From: Peptococcaceae bacterium
GTDB taxonomy: Bacteria; Bacillota; Dehalobacteriia; UBA4068; JAAVYR01
Assembly (NCBI GenBank): GCA_022791255.1
Contig: JAAVYR010000004.1
Coordinates: 25,992 to 89,991, forward strand
Length of the DNA: 64,000 nucleotides
Reading direction: 5' to 3'
A program made the translations under genes and the position numbers. The notes under the pieces are model-generated. The model worked only from the letters and a program-made list of their open reading frames with translations. It had not been told where the DNA came from and ran no database searches. Shown one piece after another: positions 1 through 10,613 of the stretch; the first letter of the stretch is position 1, and the number at the start of each line of letters is the position of its first letter.

Positions 1-594
1 ATGGCTCAAGTCCTCTTGTTGCTCTTTATCAAAATATTCTGCGTCCCAACCATGATACAAGAAATCTGTCGGCACCAGATAAAGATAAGGCGCCGTAATA
101 ATGGCCAGCGCCAGACAAAGCCGTTTGGCTTTTGCCCCTACTTGAGGCAGCTTGGAAAAGAGAAATTTATAATTTAAGAAGTAAATCAGCCCTCCCGCAA
201 GAACGAGAGAAAGAAATACCATAGCAAAGCCGGGGATAGAAGTCCATGGATTTAGGATGACTGGCATCGTCACCTGGTTCTGCCACCATTCTCCCAGCTC
301 CAACTGACTAAGAAGTAAAGACGCCGCACCGACGATATCCGCAATAAAACCAAAGGCCCAAACACCTAAGATAGTCTTCTTGTAGATTTTCCCCTTTTCC
401 TCCACCTTCAGCATATGCAGCGCTAAAAGCAGCACAATGCTGTCGATGATAAAATTAGCCGGCATGGCATAAAGCCATGCAATCGGAAATAACAACAAAA
501 ACCAAACGGGAAAAATGACATTATAACAACGAACTGAGCAGCTTCCAGTAGCACCCTTTGCCTGCTTTAGTTGTTTTTCTGGTTTCCTCTGCTC
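1..594 (-). CDS. hypothetical integral membrane protein (5' portion; runs off window start)
   Basis: Manual minus-strand translation from ATG at 594..592 gives MEQRKPEKQLKQAKG… followed by several hydrophobic helices (VIFPVWFLLLFPIAWLYAMPANFIIDSIVLLLALHML…). There is no stop before position 1. It is absent from the ORF track because it is truncated by the window edge. Confidence 0.5.
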
Positions 595-685
595 CATCCT
601 CCTGCCTACCCCCTTCATAGCTTGATATAGCTTAATATAGTTTTCTATAATTCGATAAGATATAGATTATCGGATATAGATTATG

Positions 686-721
686 AAAAAAGATGAAATA
701 AGCCTATTTCATCTTTTTTTC
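686..721. terminator. bidirectional rho-independent terminator downstream of ftsH
   Basis: Hairpin agatgaaata-agcc-tatttcatct flanked by A-run and T-run. Confidence 0.6.
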
Positions 722-725
722 TTAC

Positions 726-2702
726 TTATTCTAGCTCTTTTTCTGGATTTTCCGAGCACTCTTCCGCAAAATCAATAGATACCTTCGGTGCGCAAGCCTC
801 TTCCTCTTGGTCTAAAAGGTCCCAAGTAGGTTCCTCTGCCACTGCGGATGGCACCTCTCCTGCTTCAGCAGCCATAGCCGCTTCTTCTGCAGCAGCTGTC
901 CGTCCTTCCATGATAGCATAAAATTCATCTGCTTCGATGGTTTCCTTTTCCATCAAGGCTTGGGCTACCTTGTGCAGCTTATCGATATGCTCCGTGAGAA
1001 TGGCAGTGGTCCGCTCATGGGCCTCGTCTATCATTCTTCTTGCTTCTTTGTCGATCGCATAGGCAATGGCGTCACTATAGTTTCGTTCATGAGAGATTTC
1101 CTTACCCAGGAATACTTGGCTATTGTCTTTCCCAAAGGTTAATGGCCCCAGTTCCTCAGACATCCCATATTGGGTAATCATAGAACGAATGGTCTCTGTC
1201 GCCCGTTCCAAGTCGTTTTGGGCGCCAGTGCTGACATCTTTTAAGATAATTTCTTCTGCGATACGCCCACCTAAGAAGGTGCAAAGCTGGTCTTCCAGAT
1301 AAGACTTGGTAATGAATTTCCGGTCTTCTTTTGGCAAAAGCAGTGTATAGCCGCCTGCACGCCCCCGGGGAATAATAGAGATTTTATGGAGCGGGTCAGC
1401 ATTAGGCAGATAATAAGATACCACCGCATGACCTGCTTCATGATAAGATACCAGTTTCTTTTCCCGTTCATTGATGGCGCGAGATTTCTTTTCAGGGCCG
1501 GCAATGACCCGCTCGATGGCGTCTTCTAAATCCTTCATAGTGATTTTACTTTGACCATGACGGGCAGCCAGAAGCGCCGCTTCGTTTAAAGTATTGGCCA
1601 AGTCCGCCCCAGTAAAGCCAGGTGTCCGCCGCGCTAATACATCCAAGTCTACGCCGGCTTCTAATGGTTTCCCTTTGGCATGGACAGCCAAGATTTGCCG
1701 TCTGCCGATAACATCTGGTAAATCTACCGTAATCTGTCGGTCAAACCGCCCCGGACGAAGCAGTGCCGGGTCTAAAATATCTGGTCGGTTGGTCGCTGCA
1801 ATGACGATAATCCCTTCATTGGCAGAGAAGCCATCCATTTCTACTAACAATTGATTTAAAGTCTGTTCCCGTTCATCATGTCCGCCACCTAGGCCTGCGC
1901 CTCTTTGGCGGCCTACTGCGTCGATTTCATCGATGAAGATAATGCAGGGCGCCTGTTTTTTGGATTGTTCAAATAAATCCCTTACCCGAGAAGCCCCCAC
2001 CCCAACAAACATTTCTACAAAGTCAGAACCACTGATGGTAAAGAAGGGTACCCCCGCTTCTCCTGCTACCGCTTTGGTAAGCAAAGTTTTCCCAGTCCCC
2101 GGAGGTCCATAGAGGAGCACGCCTTTGGGAATTTTCGCCCCAATGGCGGAAAACTTCCGTGGATTTTTTAGGAATTCTACCACTTCAGCCAGTTCTTCTT
2201 TAGCTTCGTCTACCCCCGCTACATCTGCAAAGGTAACCTTCTTTTTATCATCCGTAGAGAGCTTTGCCCGGCTTTTGCCGAATTGCATCACTTTCCCGCC
2301 GCCGCCCTGAGATTGCTGCATAAACAAGAAAAAGAATGCAATAATCAAAAGTGTCGGTAATAGCGTGGAAAATAATGTTACCCACCACGGCGGAGGCGGC
2401 TCTACATCATATTGTACTTTGATATCTTGGGCTTTTAAAAATTGCGGAAATTGCGGGTCAGGCGGTACTACGACCACATATTTACTTTTATCCCGCATGG
2501 TCCCAGATACCTGATACCGACCGCCATCGCTATCAGCCACAATGTCTGCCGTTTTGATGGTACCCTTCTCCACTTGCTCCATAAAGGTGCTGTAGTCCAA
2601 GAGTTTTACTTCTTGTGTTTGCGGTAAAAGCAAGCTGTAAGAATATAATAACATCAGTACCAACAGTGCAAATACTGTCATATTCTTGAGCGTCTTGTTC
2701 AA
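726..2702 (-). CDS. ftsH: ATP-dependent zinc metalloprotease FtsH
   Basis: N-terminal TM segments, AAA Walker A GPPGTGKT, second region of homology, HEAGHA zinc motif. 658 aa. Confidence 0.95.
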   Translation of the reverse strand: MNKTLKNMTVFALLVLMLLYSYSLLLPQTQEVKLLDYSTFMEQVEKGTIKTADIVADSDGGRYQVSGTMRDKSKYVVVVPPDPQFPQFLKAQDIKVQYDVEPPPPWWVTLFSTLLPTLLIIAFFFLFMQQSQGGGGKVMQFGKSRAKLSTDDKKKVTFADVAGVDEAKEELAEVVEFLKNPRKFSAIGAKIPKGVLLYGPPGTGKTLLTKAVAGEAGVPFFTISGSDFVEMFVGVGASRVRDLFEQSKKQAPCIIFIDEIDAVGRQRGAGLGGGHDEREQTLNQLLVEMDGFSANEGIIVIAATNRPDILDPALLRPGRFDRQITVDLPDVIGRRQILAVHAKGKPLEAGVDLDVLARRTPGFTGADLANTLNEAALLAARHGQSKITMKDLEDAIERVIAGPEKKSRAINEREKKLVSYHEAGHAVVSYYLPNADPLHKISIIPRGRAGGYTLLLPKEDRKFITKSYLEDQLCTFLGGRIAEEIILKDVSTGAQNDLERATETIRSMITQYGMSEELGPLTFGKDNSQVFLGKEISHERNYSDAIAYAIDKEARRMIDEAHERTTAILTEHIDKLHKVAQALMEKETIEADEFYAIMEGRTAAAEEAAMAAEAGEVPSAVAEEPTWDLLDQEEEACAPKVSIDFAEECSENPEKELE

Positions 2703-2879
2703 AATATTTCTCCTTTCCCCCCGGTATCCCCGGTTCCACTCTCTATCTCATCGCCCCAGGTAAAATCCCCTAAGGTCGTCTTTATATCTTCCTATATCTC
2801 GTTATTCGTTGTTATTATTTTATCATATCATAAATATTATTGCATTTCAAATCATATGCCAGTTTTCTTGCTATCTTTT

Positions 2880-4382
2880 TCATTCTTTCACGGTAAGATA
2901 CCAACCGCGAGCAGTCCCTTTTCGGTTAGCTTCTCCCATTTCTACGCACCTATTCCCATATCGCCTTGGTATCACCCAGAAGATTTCTTTGCCAGCAGCC
3001 AGCAACGGAATGCTGTTCCGCAAATCATTAGATACCTTTTCATTGATAAAATATTTTTTCAGCTTCATAGTGCCAGCCATACCTTTAGGAGAGAAAATAT
3101 CACCATCCCGTCTATTGCGAAGCACCATCTCCCGGCCCAGATTTTCCGGTAAAAAAATACGATTTTCTCCTAATATCAAGATGTCTTTCTCACTGTCAGT
3201 CTCCTGGCATCCTGGTCTTATCTCCACACGATGGCCAATTCCCGGAAAGGTAAGGGTAACCGGTTCTTCTATTTCCTTTAAGGGATAACAAAAATTTTTT
3301 TCTGCCGCCATGCTTTCCCGGTTTCTATGCCGCCTTAAATAAGAAAATACAAATTGCCTTTCTTCCCGGCAGCAAAGCACATCTCCCGGCAAAGTAATCT
3401 GCTCCCCTGCAACCAGAGAGCGAATAACTTCCACCATCTCAAAAGAAAGATGATTAACAGGCAGATGATGATTACTATTTGCTATCTTATCCCCTCCGCC
3501 TTGAAACATTCTGAAAAAATATTGTAAAACTCTTCTTTGTAAAGCAACCGATAAGTTCATAAATGGCTGCACAGAAAAAACACCCTGTTCCACACCTATT
3601 CTAGGCATTACTTTCCCATAGGCTGCAGCCGTCTCTTGCACAAGATATTCGTTTTCTGCTTCGCAAATCTCCCCTAACTGCCCAAGAACCGCAGTCACTT
3701 GTGGGTTGCATTGCCGGCAAAGAGGCATTAGCTGCCAGCGAATATAGTTCCGCAAATAAGCCGTGTCAAAGTTACTTTCATCAGTACAATAAGCAAGACC
3801 ATATGCCCTGCAATAAGCTAAGATTTCTTCTTTGGTTACCGCTAAAAAAGGCCGAATAATCCGATTATTTTTCGCCTGCATGCCGCCAAGCCCCTGCATG
3901 CCGCTGCCCCGCAACAGGTGCATGAGGATCGTTTCCGCTTGGTCGTCTAGGTGGTGGGCCGTGGCAATGACAGCGTCATCATACAATCCCGCCACTTCAG
4001 AAAGGAAATCATACCGCGCCGCTCTTGCCGCACTCTCCAGGTTATGGTCTTCGCTATCGTCCGCCAGCTGCTGCACACGACAGGCCTTGCTAAAGAGCGG
4101 AATGCCGGCCTCCTTGCAGTATGCTATGACCAGATTACGGTCGGCAGTGCTTGCCGTCCCACGGAGACAGTGGTCTAAGTGGGCCCCCACCACTTGGATA
4201 CCCCATGCTTTTCCCTGCTCATGGAGGAAGTGCAGCAACGCCATAGAGTCCGCCCCACCGGATACCGCCACGATGACAGTACCATGAGACGCCAGCAGTC
4301 TTTTTTGTTTGATAAAGTTTCCGATTTTTTCTTTTATTTTTTGCACCGGAACTGCATTTTTTTGCCGAGATTTATCTTCCAT
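2880..4382 (-). CDS. tilS: tRNA(Ile)-lysidine synthetase TilS
   Basis: PP-loop SGGADS near the N-terminus and a TilS-type C-terminal domain. Lies immediately upstream of ftsH as in Bacillus; no hprT between them. Confidence 0.9.
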   Translation of the reverse strand: MEDKSRQKNAVPVQKIKEKIGNFIKQKRLLASHGTVIVAVSGGADSMALLHFLHEQGKAWGIQVVGAHLDHCLRGTASTADRNLVIAYCKEAGIPLFSKACRVQQLADDSEDHNLESAARAARYDFLSEVAGLYDDAVIATAHHLDDQAETILMHLLRGSGMQGLGGMQAKNNRIIRPFLAVTKEEILAYCRAYGLAYCTDESNFDTAYLRNYIRWQLMPLCRQCNPQVTAVLGQLGEICEAENEYLVQETAAAYGKVMPRIGVEQGVFSVQPFMNLSVALQRRVLQYFFRMFQGGGDKIANSNHHLPVNHLSFEMVEVIRSLVAGEQITLPGDVLCCREERQFVFSYLRRHRNRESMAAEKNFCYPLKEIEEPVTLTFPGIGHRVEIRPGCQETDSEKDILILGENRIFLPENLGREMVLRNRRDGDIFSPKGMAGTMKLKKYFINEKVSNDLRNSIPLLAAGKEIFWVIPRRYGNRCVEMGEANRKGTARGWYLTVKE

Positions 4383-4498
4383 CTAGCTTCTTTCCTTTTG
4401 TCATGTTGCCCTTTTCTTTTTGCGTAAAAAAATAGAAAAGGATTTCCTTTTCTATTTTTTCGGTTTGTTATGGCTATTTCCTTTTTTACCGGCAAAAT

Positions 4499-6937
4499 TT
4501 ATGCAGTCATTTCTGCTACTAAGATGGTAATATCATCCTGTACATCCCCGCCACTCCTAGCAATAGCCTTTGCCAGCAGCTGTTCAGCCAGCTCCTGCGG
4601 GTCATGGCTTTCTATGTTTGCGATTTCCTCGATAATCCATTGATAAGTGCCCGCTTTGTCAGCGTCCATCAGACCATCGCTTGCCATGATAATCATATCC
4701 CCGTCTTGGATTTGCTCTTGGATACATTCTTTTTCCACCGAGGTTAAGATACCTACCGGCAGACTTGCTCCTTTTACTACTTGCACCTCGTCGCCTCGCT
4801 TGATAAAGCTAGGCGCCGCACCGGTTTTTACAAACTCCACACCGCCGGAATATAAATCCACCACACATAAGTCTAGCGTGACTAAAGCTTCTTCATTACC
4901 TTGCAGCGCCAAAGAAGCATTGACGCTATCAATGGCAGTGTCTTTAGAAAACCCGATTTCCAGATATTTAGACAAAGTTTCTATAGCCGCGCCAGAATGC
5001 GCCGCCGCCTTTGCACCAATACCCATGCCGTCACTAATCATCACTAACTGCTTGCCGGACTCCAGCATCATAGCACTACCCTGGTCACCACAGACCCCTT
5101 GGGTAGCCTTTGCCAGCTGTGCTTTGCCGATTTCCATTTTATGAGCACCTGCTTCTAAAAGGAAGAAGGAACAGTTTTCCCCGCATTTGCTGGTGCAGCT
5201 ATGCTCATGGATTTCATATTTTTTTCCTAAAAGTAGAGAGATTTCCTGTTCCAGAAGAGACCGACAAGCCGTTTCCCCTGGACATTGTGGGAAATTCACC
5301 CAAACAGAAAGAGACTTCCCATCAATGAAATTTACCCCAGCACCATCTACTGGTAGCCCGCGCGCAATGAGCGCCCCTGCCAGCTCCCGCTCTAAGGCTT
5401 CCCGCTCCTGGGAAAAACCGCCAATTTCCCGCGCGACTTGCTCCAATACCTGAGCCGTACCCAGCATTTGATGGGCGATGAGACTTTGCGAGCACTTCTT
5501 TTGGGCCTGCCAAAAACTGCTGCGGCAATACATTTCATAGAGACAGTTAATAGATGCTAATAACTCTTTTACATGAGGACAACGCTTGCGGAAATTTTCC
5601 GGCACATCCTGATAAGAAGCGGCTCCTTTTAATTCTGCTGCCTGGAATAAATCCATGACGCCTTTATAGGTTTTGCTATAATCAATGCGCCAGCAGATTT
5701 CCTGGACCGAACACTTGCTGCACATTTGGCGGGAAAGATGGTTCAATACCGTATGAATGCTGTCCTCTACCGGTTCTTCCTTTTCACTTAATACCAAAAG
5801 GTTTTGGCCCAATTCCTGGAAAAGCTCCCCTGCATTCCGAAGCCGCCGCACCGAAAGCCGCAACAGGCGCTCGCTTTTTTCCTCTTTCGCGCTGCGAAGA
5901 TTTGGCTGAGTGGTAGCTTTTTTTAGTTCCCGTATCCAGCCACGAGGAATAGCAAAGAAAATAATACCGGCAAGAGCCGAAGTAATAATGGCACTTGCCA
6001 TTTCCGAAGTTGGTAATATGTAGATAGAAAGAATTAAATTCCCTAAAATAAAGCCCATCAAAATCCCGGTGCGGCCAAAGCTGTTAAAAGCACCGGCTAA
6101 AAAACCAGCAAAGGCATAAATACCGATAATGCTAGGCGCTACCAATTCCGAAAGACTTGGTACAATGCCCATCATGGCCCCAATACCAGCCCCATGTCCA
6201 GCGCCCCCCAGTGCAGCGGCTAGCAGGATAACCACCCGACTTGCCACCTGTCTTAGCTCTATTCCACCGATCGTCCAGTCCCCAAAACCTGCCACTAATC
6301 CTAAAATCAACACAAAACAGCAGATTAACTCATCGGTGCTAAATCTCCGCTGGATATATAGCCGCTTCCAAGCAGAAAAAGCCACTAAGAAGACAACAGA
6401 CAACCCCGCCGCAAATAACCCCTCAAATAGCGTGACAAATAATCCATAGCTATCTCCGCCACCGATGGCAAGACTGCACCCTTTGATGACCGCAATACAG
6501 GAAAACACCAACGCCGGCACCAGATACCATTGTTTCTTTTTGTCCAAAGGATAAAAGGCAAAGAGCCCCGATGCCACACTAATGATTGCCAGATAGACCC
6601 AAAATTCCCCAAGGGGCATAGCCGTGTATAACCCAATAGCCACCGGCAAAAGAAGTGAAATAGCCTGCCGCCGATAGCTCACTGCCACTGCTGCAAGAAA
6701 GGCAGTAGCAAAAGGAAAGAGCCCACCTAAAAGCTGGGCACGGCTCATAAGAAACCCCATAATAGAGAGAACGATTAACTGCTGCGTTCCCAAGGAAATA
6801 CCCCACACCCCAGGAAGAGAAATACCCACCTTTTCTTCTTTAAGCATATCCTCTTCCTCTTGTCTGCGATAAGGATGTATTTGAGGATTTGTCGACATAA
6901 AACCACCGCCTCGTGAAAGATAGTATGTAGGAAACAT
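4499..6937 (-). CDS. spoIIE: stage II sporulation protein E (SpoIIE), membrane-anchored PP2C phosphatase
   Basis: About 10 N-terminal TM helices plus a C-terminal PP2C domain (MISDGMGIG…DGDMIIMASDGL). 812 aa, compared with 827 aa in B. subtilis. Synteny spoIIE–tilS–ftsH. The true start may be an internal Met (MSTNPQ… or MLKEEK…). Confidence 0.85.
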   Translation of the reverse strand: MFPTYYLSRGGGFMSTNPQIHPYRRQEEEDMLKEEKVGISLPGVWGISLGTQQLIVLSIMGFLMSRAQLLGGLFPFATAFLAAVAVSYRRQAISLLLPVAIGLYTAMPLGEFWVYLAIISVASGLFAFYPLDKKKQWYLVPALVFSCIAVIKGCSLAIGGGDSYGLFVTLFEGLFAAGLSVVFLVAFSAWKRLYIQRRFSTDELICCFVLILGLVAGFGDWTIGGIELRQVASRVVILLAAALGGAGHGAGIGAMMGIVPSLSELVAPSIIGIYAFAGFLAGAFNSFGRTGILMGFILGNLILSIYILPTSEMASAIITSALAGIIFFAIPRGWIRELKKATTQPNLRSAKEEKSERLLRLSVRRLRNAGELFQELGQNLLVLSEKEEPVEDSIHTVLNHLSRQMCSKCSVQEICWRIDYSKTYKGVMDLFQAAELKGAASYQDVPENFRKRCPHVKELLASINCLYEMYCRSSFWQAQKKCSQSLIAHQMLGTAQVLEQVAREIGGFSQEREALERELAGALIARGLPVDGAGVNFIDGKSLSVWVNFPQCPGETACRSLLEQEISLLLGKKYEIHEHSCTSKCGENCSFFLLEAGAHKMEIGKAQLAKATQGVCGDQGSAMMLESGKQLVMISDGMGIGAKAAAHSGAAIETLSKYLEIGFSKDTAIDSVNASLALQGNEEALVTLDLCVVDLYSGGVEFVKTGAAPSFIKRGDEVQVVKGASLPVGILTSVEKECIQEQIQDGDMIIMASDGLMDADKAGTYQWIIEEIANIESHDPQELAEQLLAKAIARSGGDVQDDITILVAEMTA

Positions 6938-7174
6938 GCTTGTCCTAGAAATTTTTCTTGGTTTTTACATTTTCTATTATACTGTTTCACTAGGGGAGAA
7001 ATATGTCTGTTCCTTGGGCATGAGAAGAAAACTTTCCGACCAAATCCGTCAGAGATATCCCCAAATATACAAAAAATCTTCACCCAGCCCCATCATCAAT
7101 GGGTTGTCTAAAGGTGAAGATTTTTATTAAGATTTTTATTTTTAACAAGATGTTATATTCTCTTGCTTTGCTTT

Positions 7175-8059
7175 CTAGTTACTAGCCGCAGTCTCATCTA
7201 CTTCCACCTGTTGCGCTAATTCTTCTATAGAAAGCCGCTGACTAAACTTTTCAGAACTAAAACCCAGTGCATAGATGCCCTCTCCTGCTGTTTCAAAATG
7301 TACATAACGGTAAGAGACGCCTGCTCCGTTTATGGTATCCATGACTTTTTTACATGCAGTAGCAAACTGTTCCTTAGATTGAAATTGATTTTTCATGCGC
7401 ACACGAATATCTACATAGTCAGAAGCCGCAATGTCAGAAATAGTCATTGTTTTGTCATAAGCTACCTCGCCTAAATATACATTCACATAGAGACTGGCAA
7501 TATCGTTATTGGCCTGTAGTTTCTCATAGCATACATTGTAGATTTCCTGTTCTAGGCGCGCTTCTGTCACCTGTCGTTCCGGTCCGAAATGTTCATAAGC
7601 AATAGGCAGTACCGTAACACCAGCACAACCACAAATCAACAAAAAGCAAATAATACTGCTGAAAATGTCATATTTAAAGCGAGCGTCTTGATACCGAAAA
7701 TAGTTATAGAGGATTTCCCCGCCCAGCATAATCAAGATAACCGGACCAAAATAAATGAGGAAAGACGGTATCACAGTCGGATTGAAAAGCCAGTAAAGGA
7801 TGAAACACCCCGTAAGGATAAGGGCTACCCCCATGGTAAGGGTGCCAATGCGCCGCACAGGACGGCTGTTTTTAGCAGCTTCTTTTTCCATACGCTTTTC
7901 CATACGGTGGCGCTGGATGCGTTCTTTTTCTTCCTGCTTTAATTCTTTGGCAGTTTTTTTTCTAGATACAGCAGGCGCTTCCGGGATAACCGCCGCCTGT
8001 TCCAGCTCCTCCATGGTCTCAGCTTGTTCCAGATCTTTATTCATGTTTGTCACCTTCAT
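7175..8059 (-). CDS. hypothetical membrane protein with charged N-terminal region
   Basis: ORF 7175..8140 trimmed to Met MKVTNM… so that it does not overlap the upstream gene. K/E-rich N-terminus, then 3–4 TM helices and a C-terminal soluble domain. Confidence 0.5.
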   Translation of the reverse strand: MKVTNMNKDLEQAETMEELEQAAVIPEAPAVSRKKTAKELKQEEKERIQRHRMEKRMEKEAAKNSRPVRRIGTLTMGVALILTGCFILYWLFNPTVIPSFLIYFGPVILIMLGGEILYNYFRYQDARFKYDIFSSIICFLLICGCAGVTVLPIAYEHFGPERQVTEARLEQEIYNVCYEKLQANNDIASLYVNVYLGEVAYDKTMTISDIAASDYVDIRVRMKNQFQSKEQFATACKKVMDTINGAGVSYRYVHFETAGEGIYALGFSSEKFSQRLSIEELAQQVEVDETAASN

Positions 8060-8585
8060 ATTCTTTAAAATCCGCCGGTTTTTCCAGCTTCTTTTCGCCT
8101 TTGACCAAGCGTATTCCCCAGACAATGATGAAAATTGCAATCAGCAAAGTCGGAAATTTATGGAAAATACCACGAAAACCAGGCAAATAGTTATCCAGAC
8201 TCCAAAGCAAATCCCGGAAAACATTATCAAAGAGGATATAAAGTCCTAATAAAACACAAATAACCCCTAAGAAAGCGTGCCCCTTCTTTAGTACGCTCTT
8301 AGCATCACCAGAGGACATCTGATATAAGCCCATCATAAAATCACTATCTGCCGCAATACGTTCTTCATAAGTAAGATGGCCGCTATTAATGGCATCAAAG
8401 AAGCTATAAAACCAAATCACTGGTAATAAAAATAACAATAATTCAAAGTAGAAAAACCCAGCGCAAAATGCCACCCCGCAAAAGAGCGTCATCAGCACTA
8501 ACCCTTTTTTCATCATATTCAGATACATTTGTCCTGCCCCAGGCATAAAGGAAAATAAAAATAATAATAATCTATTCTTTTCCAT
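8037..8585 (-). CDS. hypothetical multi-pass membrane protein
   Basis: 182 aa with 4–5 hydrophobic helices. Overlaps the anti-sigma gene stop, so probably the same operon. Confidence 0.5.
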   Translation of the reverse strand: MEKNRLLLFLFSFMPGAGQMYLNMMKKGLVLMTLFCGVAFCAGFFYFELLLFLLPVIWFYSFFDAINSGHLTYEERIAADSDFMMGLYQMSSGDAKSVLKKGHAFLGVICVLLGLYILFDNVFRDLLWSLDNYLPGFRGIFHKFPTLLIAIFIIVWGIRLVKGEKKLEKPADFKEYEGDKHE

Positions 8586-9078
8586 AAGATTGTTCCCCTC
8601 TCCAATTTAACTTTTCCACCCAATTTCCCATACTATCAGTGATTTCCGTGGAGATTTCTACCGTTTGTTGGCTAAAGGCCACAGCCCCCTCCACCATATC
8701 CGTTAAAAATCCCGCGTCCAGGTCCGCAAAGTTTGGGGAAAATACCCCCGCTACCCAAAAGAAAATAGCTAAACTTGCCGCTACCGCCATAGATAACCAC
8801 TTGCCGGCATAACCCTGTCGCTGCTTCTTCTCCAAGTCCCGCATTACTGCAGCTGTCGTTAGGTCAGAGGGAGGCAGCATATCTGCGTCAGACAGCAGCT
8901 CCGTGTAACGTAAAACACAAGTATCACAAAAAGCTAGATGCTCCGCAATTTCCAGCCGCTGCAATTCATCAAACTCGATAGGATGATTTGCATCTGTAGA
9001 CTGGATAAAGGCAGATAGGGCCTGGTCTGTTAAGTGTCCTTCTTCATCAAATAAATCTCCTTGCCAAATATGAGCCAT
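8572..9078 (-). CDS. anti-sigma factor (zinc-finger ZAS-type, single TM)
   Basis: HxxxCxxC motif (HLAFCDTCVLRY) and one TM segment (LSMAVAASLAIFFWVAGVF). Translationally coupled to the ECF sigma gene upstream. Confidence 0.7.
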   Translation of the reverse strand: MAHIWQGDLFDEEGHLTDQALSAFIQSTDANHPIEFDELQRLEIAEHLAFCDTCVLRYTELLSDADMLPPSDLTTAAVMRDLEKKQRQGYAGKWLSMAVAASLAIFFWVAGVFSPNFADLDAGFLTDMVEGAVAFSQQTVEISTEITDSMGNWVEKLNWRGEQSYGKE

Positions 9079-9079
9079 C

Positions 9080-9613
9080 TTATACCCCCTCCTCCTGTAT
9101 AGATTTTTTCAATGCATCTTTTAATATATTTTTTGCTCGGTAAAGCTGGGTTTTTACTGTTTTTACCGGTCTGTTTAGCTGCTCTGCGATTTCGGTGGTA
9201 CTTTTCTCCTGTAAGAAATAAAGTACCGAGACTTTTAAATAAGGTTCTTTCAGTTGATAAATTAGGTCTGTTACCTGCCTGATTTCTTCTTTTTCCAGAA
9301 AGATATCATCTGGCGATGGCCCCCCGCCACGCGAGGCTTTGCTGCTACCGATATCTACATCAATATCCTCACTGAGCTGCACACGCCGTATATAAGCGCT
9401 TTTTAAATAATCTTTTGCCTTATTAGCAGCAATCCGCGCCAGCCAAGGCTTTAGGTATGCCACCTGGCAACGGTCAATATGCTGGTAGGCTGAGAGAAAA
9501 GTTTCCTGGGTAAGATTTTGGGCCTCTTGATAATCCTGAACCAGCTGATAACATACGGTGAATACAAGCTTTTGATAAGTACCAACCAATTGTTGGAAAT
9601 CTTCATTTGTCAT
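9080..9613 (-). CDS. RNA polymerase ECF-type sigma-70 factor
   Basis: Sigma-70 region 2 (QETFLSAYQHI) and region 4 HTH (TTEIAEQLNRPVKTVKTQLYRAK). 177 aa. Confidence 0.85.
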   Translation of the reverse strand: MTNEDFQQLVGTYQKLVFTVCYQLVQDYQEAQNLTQETFLSAYQHIDRCQVAYLKPWLARIAANKAKDYLKSAYIRRVQLSEDIDVDIGSSKASRGGGPSPDDIFLEKEEIRQVTDLIYQLKEPYLKVSVLYFLQEKSTTEIAEQLNRPVKTVKTQLYRAKNILKDALKKSIQEEGV

Positions 9614-9774
9614 ATGCGCTCATACTCACCCCCCTTTTCTCTTACACTGATATAACGAACTGCATTTCCGTTTGACTTCAAAAATTCATGTTTCGTTTCT
9701 GTCTTTTACAGAAAATTTTTGCTATACTAAAAATAGTTGCTTACCAACAACCATTAAAAAGGAAAATCTATTTT

Positions 9775-10464
9775 ATGAAAACAACAGAACAAATAAAAAC
9801 AGCTACCTCTATTCCAATACTCATTTTCATAGGCTGCTTGATGATGTTTTGGGTAGAGCTGGTTTTACAACCTGGTTATTTTGGTAAATCTATTATGAAG
9901 CTGTGTCTATTTGCCTTACTGCCATTGGTCTACTGTAACTTAAAAAGACCGCGAATTTCTCTGTCCTTTTGTAAAATTCCCCAAGGAAAGTCCCTCATCC
10001 ATTGTTTGCTTTGGGGAGGTGGCGTCTATGCTTTTATCATCATCGCCTATTTTCTTTTTGCCGCTTTTATAGATTTACCACATATTGCAACCCTATTACA
10101 AGATAATTTAGCAGTCAACAAAGAAAATTTCATTTTTGTAGCAGGTTATATTGCAATGATGAACTCTTTTCTAGAAGAGTTTTTCTTCCGCGGTATAGCC
10201 TATTTTCCCTTGACTAGCATTTGGGGAAAAAGACGGGCAGCTCTATTTTCTGCTAGTGCGTTTTCTCTTTATCATGTGGCTATCCTATTCGGCTGGTTCC
10301 CCCTTTGGATGTTTCTTTTGGTGTTAGCAGGCCTATTTATAGCAGGGCTCTTTTTTCTTTGGCTAGATGAGCGATACCAGACCATCCTTGGTTCTTGGCT
10401 GGTTCATGGCTGTGCCAATCTGGCTATTAATACCATTGGCCTTTTTATGTTTGGCCTTCTATAA
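9775..10464 (+). CDS. CPBP family intramembrane metalloprotease (CAAX protease / Abi)
   Basis: EExxxR motif (LEEFFFRG), FxxxH (FSLYHV) and a conserved His (HGCANL). Start moved to ATG 9775, which has RBS aaaaaggaaaa. Divergent from the ECF sigma operon. Confidence 0.8.
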   Translation: MKTTEQIKTATSIPILIFIGCLMMFWVELVLQPGYFGKSIMKLCLFALLPLVYCNLKRPRISLSFCKIPQGKSLIHCLLWGGGVYAFIIIAYFLFAAFIDLPHIATLLQDNLAVNKENFIFVAGYIAMMNSFLEEFFFRGIAYFPLTSIWGKRRAALFSASAFSLYHVAILFGWFPLWMFLLVLAGLFIAGLFFLWLDERYQTILGSWLVHGCANLAINTIGLFMFGLL

Positions 10465-10613
10465 AATAGCGTTTTTCCACTATCTCTTCTTGCTCTGCTT
10501 GTGTTGCTTGTATCGCTTGTATTGTAAAAAAATTTTATTTGCCGTATAATAAATAATTAGAATAAGTATTTATCATTCTATCTTGATTACGCGTCAATAT
10601 AAGGAGAAGTTAT

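Noticed and set aside
655-685. Tandem direct repeat gatatagattatc-g-gatatagattatg upstream of the partial membrane-protein gene
   Set aside because: It is too short (two 12-bp units) to support a specific claim. It could be a regulator binding site or chance in AT-rich promoter DNA.
8037-8140. 104-nt overlap between ORFs 7175..8140 and 8037..8585
   Set aside because: It is resolved by starting the downstream gene at an internal Met (MKVTNM…/MNKDLEQ…). It is not a programmed frameshift.
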